64,000 bases of DNA from Eutreptiella sp. 'Long Island Sound 2002' (taxonomy: Eukaryota; Protista; Euglenida), in the NCBI GenBank assembly GCA_964036045.1, contig OZ038378.1, positions 96,348,001 to 96,412,000 of the forward strand. Reading direction: 5' to 3'. Shown in pieces: positions 23,656 to 34,033 of the stretch. Below the pieces are notes generated by a model. That model searched no databases and was not told the origin of the DNA. It saw only the letters and a program-made list of their open reading frames with translations. Within the stretch, counting starts at the first letter, position 1; each line of letters begins with the position of its first letter. The position numbers and the translations under genes are program-made.

Positions 23656-26600
23656 GATGTCACACTATACAGGTTTGTACTTCTGAGGTCCAGTGTGAAC
23701 CAATATTGAAGTACTGATCGTTCCCTAGGGAGAAATGAGAAGCCATACCAAAGCAACCGCAGATTGTTTTACCATACCCAAACCCGCCTGTCTCCATGTA
23801 CATGCGACTATACCTATGGTCCAGCCCCGACCGGTACCTACGTACAGATTGACTATGCAAAGAATTGTGGTGGTCTTGTGAGGGGAATGAGCATGTGACT
23901 GCCATGACTGACACTGTGACTGAGATCTTCGAGGCGCCAGGCTGATTGCCCAGTTTCTCTGAAGTGAACTCCCAGCAATCCGCCACTGTCAGTCCCAGTG
24001 TGAGCCCACTGAGTTGCCTCGGCAGTTTGTTGGCGGGCTGCAGTGTCCTGACTTCGGTCAATCTACCCCGGAAACTGATTGTTTGAGGAGTCAGCGCCTC
24101 CGTCCGAACAGCCTCCGGACTCCTCCATCCATGGTCCTCGTGGTAATAGGCCGAGGGAGATGACAGTCTTGATGGCCGTTGCCTGATTGAGAAGCTCGTG
24201 CGGCTGTACCACTCTGGACTCGCCTCGTGAATATGGACATGGACACCCCTGGGAATGGTCGGCCCATATCTCTGGCTCAGAGGCCGGTCAGGACGAGCCA
24301 TCCAAGGAGCATAGGGAAGGACTGAGAGTTGACCCTGGAAGGCATTGATTCCTGTGAACTCGCCCAAAGGTGATCAGAACGCCCCTCCCCTGGCAGGGTT
24401 CCAGCGTCATTTCCGGACAGATCTGTGGTAATTGTTCCAGCCCCCTTAATCGATGCCACCAGGGAGTTGGAAGCTGGGATTGGGAAATTCTTTGTGACTG
24501 AGTGTCTATTGCCTTGAGGCGCTTTACCCGAGTCAGTGCCCTATCCCGCCTGTCCAGTACATATCCTGATGTGTTGTTGTACATACTTTTGCTTTTTCAG
24601 ATAGTAGGAAGGATCGTAGAACGCTTTGTTCTATGACGACGCCTTTGGGGGCAGTGCTTTCCCTGCCTGCCTGCTTGTGTGTGTGTCCAAGCAACAAGGC
24701 CCCCCATGGTAACGTATCAGTATTAAAGCGTTGGCCGATTACTGACAGTTTCCTGATTCCATGGGACGTTCACATGTGCCCCATGCTTCCTGTAAGAGGA
24801 GAAATGACTCCATTTCTCGCATGTTGTTGAAGACTGGTCTCTAAGCTGACCAAGGGTGTCTTGTTCCCTTCATCCAACTGTGGATATAGAGCTGCAGCCA
24901 TATTCACTTGTTGTCCCCGTGTCCTTCTCAGGAGTGTGGCTCTTATGACCTTTGCCTCTTTTACCCTTGTGCTATTCGGCTTTGAATGAATTCGGTCTGA
25001 AGTTACCTTAATGGCCTGAGTTGACCTGTACATCAAAGAGTCTAAGTTGCAATACACCGAGGATCAGTATACGATTGAGTCTGGATTTCATGCCTTCATC
25101 TTCCCTAAGGGAACGGTGCAAAGGAACTGCAACAGTTCACCTGATAGCAGCCCGTTTTGCCCCCTCTCCACAAGAGCCTAGATAGGTTTTGGAGTGGATA
25201 ATCAAAACCTTGTGAGACTCACGTCAAAGAAAGCGGAAGAAGGTTGTTGGTACACGCTAGTGCAACGGATTTTGTTATAACACTCAAACGGTGTATTCTG
25301 CTTTCGTGCCCGCCCAGTCGCTGCCTTCTCGCTTAACCTGGACGAACTGTTGAATGTCAAGGACAATGCATTTTCTTTCTATTGGAGCCCGGTGCTTAAA
25401 CATCACCAGAAGCAACACCCCGGCTATATGGGATCGTTCGTAGACTACTTGATTGGATTTCAGAGTCTGCAAAGGATTTGAAATTGCCTCTGTTTTGCTT
25501 TGCTTTGCTCATTCGCACTGTCCTTTACCCTGTTTTCTGAGCCTTTGAGGTCACTCAACACCATTTTGAGGCAACCACAGCTTTTTATGTGGCGAGTGCT
25601 TCAGAAAATTCCATTTCTATTTTATCAACACGACATTCTCCTTTGAGCGCAGTTGTGCTATTTTTGATAGCGAATTTCTATTTGGAGAACGTCAGCCTGT
25701 GGCCCCTAATTTGCGACTACGCAAAATCCAAGACCATGCAACAAGTTTGCCTGTCGCAATTCTGAAGTCGGTTGTCCCTCCACATTCCCTCAAGTTAAAG
25801 CTCCCAGTTTTATGGCTTCTGGTAAAAAAGGTAGCAAATTTCTGTGGCCTGCAATGCTGACACGTTGTAAGGTTGGACGAATCCGTGGACACGCGCAGCA
25901 ACACAATGGCAGCGGCCTTTGCTGTCTGCTCTTCCTCCTGTGCTCCTCCAGGCCAAGTTGGCTGCACAGAAAAAGGTTTTGGTTTGAATCCCTCTCGATT
26001 CGAAAAATAGTTTTTTGTGTTTCATTTCATCACGATTGGGTACGTTGTTTTTTGGGTCGCAGAGAAACCAGTGATAGTGCTTCGGGTCAACAAAACGATA
26101 GGATTGATATTTTTGTCCTTTTAGGTGTTATCTTGTTTGCACCTTATAACTAGGTTGGGCATGGTACATGCTCCCAAGGATTAACAAGCAGCGAGCATAC
26201 TGCTTCACGGATTCCTGGACCCGGGATATGATCTAGAGAGGGGGGTCACACATATCCCATGCACTCTCTGTTGGATGGCTTTGTGTCTCACGGGGTCCAA
26301 TGTCATCTCGGAAACGGGTTCCTCGTTTTATGCCGTGTGCCACTCGGAAGCCAATCAGCGGACAAGTTTTGTTCCTGTTGCTTTAATGCAATTTTGGGCA
26401 TAAAATTTAAGGTACTTCAGTATGGAACCGCCTGTGAGTCAACAAGATACGTATTTATCCTGGACGGCTCAAGTTGCAAGGTCAAAATCTGCCAAAACGT
26501 GCCTGTATGCACAACTCAGGAAAAATAGTTTTTTTTGGGGACCCTAAAACAAAGAGACATGAAAACAAGCGAAAAATTGATTACTTCGACCGTTTTGATT

Positions 26601-27771
26601 TATTTTTTAGAAACGGGACTGCCCCTGAAAATAATTTATCTACCTAAAATTGCACTGGTTTTGTTTGGAAAACCATGGCTTTTCCTTTCATTTACCACTT
26701 ATGCTTTCATATGAAAATACCCATTAGGTAGCAATCCCTTCGAAAACCAGTTTTTGAAATCCGAGCTGCACACAGCACAACAAGAAGCATTTTTTAAAAC
26801 ACTTGGTTGCGCGAGGCCTCGCGCAAACATAAGCACAACAGCACAATAAAATGCATCACAGGGAGAAATGTGCCGCACAAAGTGACATCAAAAAGGTCGT
26901 CGAAGGGGAGTGCATAGCGCGAGCCCACGCACATAATATATCAGAACAAGCGAAGAAATTACCTTTTGTTCGGAGCAGCTTGCAGCTTAACACCCATAGA
27001 CTTAGGAACGGACGTCTTACCCTTTGGCGGTGGCTTTGCCGGCTGGACTCTTGGTTGGGACTGACGAGCTGGCTGCTTGACTGAAAGTATAACCCGGCTC
27101 TCCTCAGACCCTGGTCTCACTGCCGCTTTCCTCGCTGTCTTGCCTTGGTAGACCTGCGGTTCTCCTCCTCTTCTTCTTCGCTCTCCTCCCCCTCATCCCC
27201 ATCGCTCTCGTCAGTATCTTCACCGGTACCCGATTTTGCTGCCTGAGGCTTGGAAGCAGTCTTCTTCCTCTTGGGGGCAGGTTCCTCATCAGTTGACTTC
27301 CGCTTGGCTGCCGCGGCCTGTGCTTCTGCAGCTTGACCCTACTGAACAATCTCTTCCTCCTTCAGCTCGCACGCATAGGAACGCAACTTTTGATCCCGAA
27401 CCCAAAGGAGCAATACCACGGTTTGTCCAGTTGGCCTGCTGGTCCGAATCACCAGACTCGTCCAGCTTCCACCCCTGTGTCAAGACGTGGTTCAGCTGAT
27501 TCTGCACTCTGTTGACTTAATCAGAGAGACTCTTGGTGGACACACCAAGAAGGTACATGCAAGAACCCGGCTCCATGGCAGCAATCTTTGACATCAGGTC
27601 TAGTTGATGATCGATGAACGCAAAAGCAGACCTGAATCCCTTAGTCTCCTTCAGGTGATGGAGGTGAGTATCGAAATACCACATAAAATGCCTTATCGGC
27701 AGGGGGCCGCCAAAATCGGTGTCTACAGTCTCCCGTACTTGAGTAGGTCCAAACCATAGATAATTTGGAAT

Positions 27772-27838
27772 CTGCAAAGAGAGAGAAGTTATTGCGCGAG
27801 GCCTTGCGCAAGTAGTGGACGTAACGATGATTTTATAC
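27772..27838 (-). other. 67 nt GT-AG intron containing the 20 bp palindrome (27792-27811)
   Basis: AAA|GTATAA...TTGCGCAAGGCCTCGCGCAA...TTCTCTCTCTTTGCAG|ATT; removal fuses two ORF-track fragments in frame (WSRK-IPNY). Confidence 0.8.
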
Positions 27839-28959
27839 TTTTCTGCTCCAGCTGTCCGGTAACAAAACCAGCAACCAGCGAACGTCGAACAACGTAGGAT
27901 CCCTAGCTGCCTTGGGATTGGTTGGCCAACTGAAGATGGGAATATGCAACATGTTACCAATGCGCGACGCTTTGAGGTCATGGTTGAGGCGCCTCTCCGT
28001 CTCCGTGTCCAGAACGTCGTACATGTTGTCAACAGCAGTTTGAGATCCGCTGATAAGTGTATCAGCAAGCGCCATTTCTTCTTACAGCGAGGCCGGGCAC
28101 ATCGTCTCAGGATCAAGATGTTCAAATATATCACCGTTGCTGACAATCAGGTTCTTGTCAATCTCCAAGAACAGCCTCCGGGATTCGTGCACCAGAGCTG
28201 CAATTCGGGTCGCCTTAGTTGTGATAGTTTGACTTGCCAGCAATGGATCCTGCTTTTCCACTGTCTTGAAGTCACCAGTAAGGCCAGCAGCTGCGGGGAC
28301 CACACGGCGCTTGGTAACCTCTGTTCCCATGAGTCTTTGGACATTTAGGATTTTCGCAGGAACGGGTTTGCCCTTCTCTGCCACCTGCCATAGTGGTGCG
28401 CGCAACATGGATTTCCGCGCCCGCCATGAATCGCTACTTTTGCCTTCAGGTTCCCGCCAATAGGCCTATGTGCCAAGAGTCACCTTCAGGGTTTGCTTTC
28501 GAAGTGCAGCAACCTCTTTGCCGCTGTGCATGTCCTTGGCTACAGAACAGAAAAGGAGAAGGTGTTGTAGAAACACAACCTAGGCCTTATTGACGATATA
28601 TGGCTTTCTTAGGTCGGACGTACTGGCCTGTTCCAGGGTGGTCCAGATGCATTGAGACCCACAATTCAAGGATGATGGCGTTGAACGATTTCTGCAACGA
28701 CTTGAGTTTTTTTTCTTCTTCCTGCATCTTGGCTGCCACTTTCTTGTAGACCACCGGCAAGATGACACCCTCCAGTTTCTTTAGTGCGTTCTTCGACACT
28801 TTCTCCCTTTTGTCATGGAACGTTTGCAGACCTTCCACAGCATCCGGACCAACATAATAGGCAAACGTCATGATATCTTTCCACAATTTATACGTATTAT
28901 ACTGAAAATGCCAAGGTGATGCGCGAGGCCTCGCGCAACGAGCAGAGTCGAAGGAAAAC

Positions 28960-30350
28960 GTTAGGTAGGTAGGTAGGTATCTTCGAGAGCTCGGGATGCC
29001 TCCTTTGACATTGCAGGAAGAAGATCTTACCAAAGGGACATCCTGTCCCTCCCACTGCCCTATGTCAGGTGCCTCTTGAGCCGCTCCCGCATGTGCTTGG
29101 GAAGGCATTGTCGCGGCCACCCGGTCCATGTGTCCCACGTGGGAGGGTGTCCCCACATGTGTCCATGGGTAGGGCCACTTGCCCCCTCCTTTGGGCGGCA
29201 GCTCTGGGGGCTGCCGAGCCGTGTGGAGTATCTCTCACCACAAGGGGTATTGCTCCCGCTAGTCTACGGTACGACCGCCTCACCGTTGTGGCTTGAGTTG
29301 CGGGGCCACTCTGCTTGGCAGGCGACCCCCTCCTGGACTGTGTACCGCCTCGCCTGTCACCGGTTGCTTTTTTTGCACTGAACGGCGCCTTTTGTGGCTG
29401 GCCAGGCCGTTAGCAACCGGTGACAGGCCTGTCACCGGTTGCTTCCATGGCTCCAGGTGATGTTTGCCATGGTCCCCTATGCAGCCTGGCCGGGCTCGGA
29501 CCAGTGGCCTTGGAGTACCGCTCCTGCCACTGGCCCGGTGGGTCGGCTGGGTTGCCCCAGTTCGTCCGACCCATGGGGTGTTGGTTCTTTCCTGTCCCTC
29601 GGCCGCCCTACGTGTGTGCAGTGTCCATGGCCGCTTGGCTCCTGTTCACTGGTGTGCCCGCGTTGTTTGTTGTGTTGCGCCAGCGGTGTCCTGGGCCACT
29701 TGGCTCCCGTTCACTGGTGTGCCTGCTCGGTGTGGTGTGTTGCGTTCGCGGTGTCCCGGGCCACTTGGCTCCTGTTCACCGGTGCGCCCGCTCGGTGTGT
29801 TGCTTTGCGTGTGCGGTGTCCTGGGCCACTTGGCTCCTGTTCACCGGTGTGCCCGCTCGGTGTGTTGTGTTGCGTCTGCGGTGTCCTGGGCCACTTGGCT
29901 CCTGTTCACCGGTGTGCCCGATCGGTGTGTTGTCTTGCGTGTGCGGTGTCCTGGGCCACTTGGCTCCTGTTCACCGGTGTGCTCGCTCGGTGTGTTGTGT
30001 TGCGTGTGCGGTGTCCTGGACCACTTGGCTCCTGTTCTCCGGTGCGCCCGCTGGGTGTGTTGTAGTGTGTGCAGAGTCCTGGGCCACTTGGCTCCTGTTC
30101 ACCGGTGCGCCTGCTCGGTGTGTTGCTTTGCGTGTGCGGTGTCCTGGGCCACTTGGCTTCCTGTTCACTGGTGTGCCCGCTCCGTGGGTTGTGTTGTGCA
30201 TGCGGTGTCCTGGGCCACCTGGCTCCTGTTCACCGGTGTGCCCGCTCAGTGCGTTGTGTTGTGTGTGCGGTGTCCTGGGTCACTTGGCTCCTGTTCACCT
30301 GTGCGCCCGCTCGGTGTGTTGCTTCGCGTGTGCGGCGTCCTGGGCCCCTT
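28960..30350 (-). mobile_element. 1.39 kb non-LTR-type insertion (SINE-like or truncated LINE) with (ACCT)n tail
   Basis: Flanked by GGAAAAC at 28953-59 and 30351-57 (10/11 match if extended to GGAAAAC[G/T]TTA). (TAGG)4 at the left end, minisatellite at the right end. Removing it restores a 73 nt intron. Confidence 0.7.
29623..30347. repeat. 65 bp minisatellite, ~11 copies
   Basis: Unit gtcctgggccacttggctcctgttcaccggtgtgcccgctcggtgtgttgtgttgcgtgtgcggt starts at 29623, 29688, 29753, 29818, 29883, 29948, 30013, 30076, 30141, 30207, 30272 and 30337. Confidence 0.95.
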
Positions 30351-30736
30351 GGAAAACTTTAAATGAACATACAAATTAACCCGATTGCTTCAGTTCAGCA
30401 GTCGGAACAAGAGCACTCATCTGCACAGCATCCACAATAGCGATCTTCAGATTGCTGTACGTGTCAGGTAGGTTCTGCCGCCGCTGATCTTCAACACACC
30501 GAAGGAGGCTATCTGCCGCCTGTTACATTAAAATCGGCTCAACGTCCTGTGCGCTTCCTTGCGCTTGTCCCACCAGTTTTGTACAGAAGGCCCACGGTGA
30601 AATCAGGCTTCAAAATATCGGCCGTGCATGTGGTATGCCACTTGTACAAATCCAGACATGCTGCCCGTGGCTTCTCCCCAATCTTGAAAACTGCCCCCAA
30701 TGCTGTGCTGTTCAGATACACACCAATAACCACCAT

Positions 30737-30807
30737 CTGCAAATAGAAGACAGGTCCATGCGCGAGGGCTCGCGCAGCGAGAAAAACGAACAGTCCGTTG
30801 GAAACAC
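30737..30807 (-). other. 71 nt GT-AG intron containing the palindrome (30758-30777)
   Basis: AGT|GTGTTT...CTGCGCGAGCCCTCGCGCAT...TCTTCTATTTGCAG|ATG; in-frame join WEDNS-MVVIG. Confidence 0.75.
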
Positions 30808-31236
30808 ACTGTTGTCTTCCCAGAGAACGACTGGTATGGGGCCTGTTGGTCGTGCTGCTTCAAGTGACTCGATTCGGTTTTGCAGTAAATTTGCATCTTT
30901 GCGTCTGATCAGTCCTCTTGTCTTCTCTTGGTCGATGCTCACAATGTCCAGCTCAATCTCCACCTGCTTCCCATCCGGCTGCAGGTGGTCCTCGATGTCT
31001 GTACCCATTGTCAGGCCAGATATGGTGTTTCCTACTTCTTCCGCCCCTTCTTTAGCGTTCCAGTCTCCGATTCCAATTCTTCAGGGTCATGGTCGGTATC
31101 CACCAGTTCTTCACCTGTCTTTTTGGCGGGGCCTGCCATTCTGGGATAAGAACAGAGCCTGTTTCGCAAGAAACGAAGAACCGATGTGTGACCCATTTTT
31201 AGCGAAAACGGCTAAGGTATTGCTCAGAATGAAAGA

Positions 31237-31307
31237 CTGAGAGGTACCACAACGGTTTTTGTTAACAACCTTGCGCGAGACCTCGCGCAAGAGGGGGGTG
31301 TAATAAC
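31237..31307 (-). other. 71 nt GT-AG intron containing the palindrome (31271-31290)
   Basis: CAG|GTTATT...TTGCGCGAGGTCTCGCGCAA...CCTCTCAG|TCT; in-frame join GVKQQ-SFILS. Confidence 0.75.
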
Positions 31308-31483
31308 CTGTTGTTTCACGCCATTTGCGCGAGGCCTCTTGCGCCACTGCATGGTCTCCAATCTTCTTCGAACGTTCCGGATCGTGTCACCTTCTCTCTG
31401 CTCCTCCAACACACTGCGTTGGAGAATCAGCTCCGACAATTTTCTCTTAAAACCAGCATTAAGCGGCCCCTGCTGAATCAGCA

Positions 31484-31524
31484 CTAACGACATAGAAACA
31501 AGCACTTGTTTATAATGGTTACAC
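31484..31524 (-). other. 41 nt GT-AG intron without palindrome
   Basis: G|GTGTAA...CTATGTCGTTAG|TG; a phase-1 join leads into VLIQQGPLNAGFKRKL. Confidence 0.45.
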
Positions 31525-33420
31525 CCCTTTGAAATTAGAAGAGACGGTGGAAAGCTGGGTACACCCCTGCGTGGCTATTGTGCCTGGGTTGCACAAGTAG
31601 GCTCCGCGCACCACCAAACCCGAGGCACATACACGCGCTCTGCGTTGAAGTAAACGGTTAACCGCTGACACCCGGAATTGCCACAGGAATTAGGGATTTT
31701 GCAGACCTTCACCCTGTGACCTTCTTTCCGGATAATGATTGGATGGTACACATCTTCAACATCGTCAATGGTCACAGCAGCTCTGTTTTGTGTTTTTTTC
31801 GTTACAGGGCTGGAGAGCAGACTTTCACAACACTCCTCAACATAACCCTGTCCAGGCATAGCTGAGTGCCATGCAGTGTGGAATAATAGGGCAGTTGCAA
31901 CAGTGCGTTCGTAGTTTAAAAGTGTGCCCCCCATGTTCAAACGGTCCAAAGGACACATGACGATCTGCAATCCCCCAGAAGCAAAAACACCCGTGTTAGC
32001 AGTCTCACCGCCCCAATCGCACTGCCTTACGAGGTGTCCCAGGTATAGTAACATAGGACAGTATTGTGTTAACAGAACCTGCATGGCTTTACACACAGTG
32101 TATTGAAGACAACTTCGCCGATTGGCTGGACGTGCCAACCCAAGGGAGTGACATTTCCTGTTGAGGCGCCGTATTAGGGGGCCCATACCCAACAGCAGTG
32201 CACCAACGGTTATCTCCATTGTGATCAGCTTGGGAAAACAAGGGACAGTGTCACCGCTGCGCAACAAACCTTTACGGAAAAAGTCAACAATCAGCCAAAA
32301 TGAGCGAAATGTTTGTGTATCGCAAAATTTGTATGCGTGCCAGAAACCATATAATATACGCTGTGACCGCAAAAAAAGCCAGACAATCCAGCCCGTTTTA
32401 TTTTCACCATACATCATCTTACAAATGTCGTAATGGATGTTCCCGTCACATAAACAGGCACAACTGGAGGAGTGTGTTGCGCCACGTCCCTAGTGATTTG
32501 CAGTAGGTTAAGAAGCGATATGTTGCTGCTTACCTTTTCTTGGCTTAGACAGACGGGCCGCCAATGCCATCTCTTGGCAGGCACTGGGCATATAATGTCA
32601 AGCGGTGCCCAGATGTTTCGCACAACAGGCTGCGTGCTTGCAAATCCCAGATCACGCAGGATACATGCAAAAGTTCCCTCCCTGTTCCCCAGCATGCGCG
32701 CAACAACAGGGACACGCCGTTCAGACTCTTCCAGGATAGGATGACCATGCCAGTAGGGTGGTGCATCCCGTAGTAGCAAGACAGCCAACGCTGTTGCGTT
32801 AAAGCTCTTGTCGTTCTTGTCACGGTTTTTGGTAAATTGTTTGTTGTACCAGTTGTCCATCAACAACACAACCCACCGCTGGTGTATTTTGTTCCATGTA
32901 CTCTGTAACCTGACTGCGGCCCCTTCCTTCACTGAAGGTGCGCTGTATCACGCCAGACCGGACCTTGCTGTAATGCGCCGCTGCGCCCTACTTCCCTCTA
33001 TCGCAATAACACATTTTGGTTTTCCCTGGTACGGAACTGCGCAGTGGCGCATCTGTAAATAAAGGCGCCAGGCCTCTTCCATCAAAACAGCAACCCACCT
33101 CATGCCCTCAGCCACGATTGCCTTTTCAACACTGCAACGCGTCCGTTCAATTTGGCGCAGACGCAGAAAAAACACAAACATCAATTACCTGCCCTCGTCC
33201 CCCTGTTTTAGTCCTTCCTACAATTCTTCTGCCGTGTGATACGGCGGTTCCTCTGAGCAGACATCGCGGAATACTCCAGATGCTGCGGCCACTGTCTTCT
33301 CAAGGTCCGACACTCTTCGCAGGGGCATTGTTACTGTGAAATAGATTGCGTGAATGTATCTTCCTAAAAATTGCTGTTCCAAAAAGTTTCCTGCTTGAAA
33401 CATCAACATGTCACACAGTT
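31500..33420 (-). pseudogene. Putative DDE-type transposase core, frameshifted
   Basis: RWVVLLMDNWY (32846-60); VYV(D)GNIHYDICKMMYG after repairing a 1 nt shift near 32440; LYGFWHAYKF; LLFHTAWHSAMPGQGYVEECCESLLS. The D..D..GxWH..HxxxH..E layout and its position between TIRs suggest an RNase-H-fold transposase; superfamily uncertain. Confidence 0.6.
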
Positions 33421-33973
33421 TTCGCGCGACGAAATGTTCAATGATTTGTTGGTCGCATGCACCATTTTCCTTTTACTGTAACTGCCTGGTGGTCCCAGAT
33501 TTAACTGGTTAGGCCTAACTGTGGTACCCAGCTGCGGCGCGCTACCATCGCTGTTGGGCAGTGAAGTTGGCGGTGACGACAGTATGAAAACTAGAGATGC
33601 CGGCAGGACCCGCACTGGCGCCCAAGCGGCAGCGCCAAATCAAAGGAAAAATACATGCTGTGTAGTTGGTGGATCTGTCCATTATCTGTTTCTATGCGTG
33701 CTCATAACTTCCGAGGCCTCGCGCAAACATCAGTAAAAACTGAATGTTTGTCATGCACCATTCCGTGCGCGAGGCCCCGCGCATGAAACTACAGTTTGTT
33801 TCGGGAGATTTATACATTTCAAGATTCACAGGTGTAGCGATGTCGAGATTTATTCATTAAGACATCCATTTTTATCACTCGATCGTGATAATGTTACAAA
33901 GTTACGTGTATAAATACGATGGGTTTCTCTCTTCCGACGACCTGCCAAATGCGTTTCGCTGTAGTACATGAAT

Positions 33974-34033
33974 CTGACACAAATGAACGGCTTTGAGCAA
34001 GGCCTCGCGCAAGGAATGGACACAAAACAATAC
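33974..34033 (-). other. 60 nt GT-AG intron containing the palindrome (33993-34012)
   Basis: AAG|GTATTG...TTGCGCGAGGCCTTGCTCAA...TTTGTGTCAG|ATT; phase-1 join gives MTRNMGDIWKDSCTTAKRIW. Confidence 0.65.

Larger units (their letters stand above)
28902..30372 (-). other. 73 nt GT-AG intron with palindrome (28919-28938), expanded by a 1.4 kb insertion
   Basis: Donor GTATGT at 30372, acceptor CATTTTCAG at 28902; phase-0 join to YNTYKLWKD. One nonsense codon lies two codons before the donor. Confidence 0.6.
27119..31505 (-). pseudogene. Downstream multi-exon coding region of the transposon (C-terminal part or second gene), ending in an acidic tract
   Basis: Protein-like exons join in frame after removing GT-AG introns (GVKQQ|SFILSN, WEDNS|MVVIGVY, WSRK|IPNYLWFG). 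Ends in EDTDESDGDEGEESEEEEENRRSTKARQRGKRQ*. Several stops and frameshifts. Confidence 0.55.

Noticed and set aside
29623-30347. CRISPR-like look: ~32 bp conserved part alternating with ~33 bp variable part
   Set aside because: The variable parts are clearly homologous to one another, there are no cas genes, and the context is eukaryotic; it is a minisatellite.
31325-31344. Partial palindrome TTGCGCGAGGCCTC as another intron-borne copy
   Set aside because: It lies in an exon (WRKRPRAN) with a broken arm and has no splice sites around it; counted only as a partial match.
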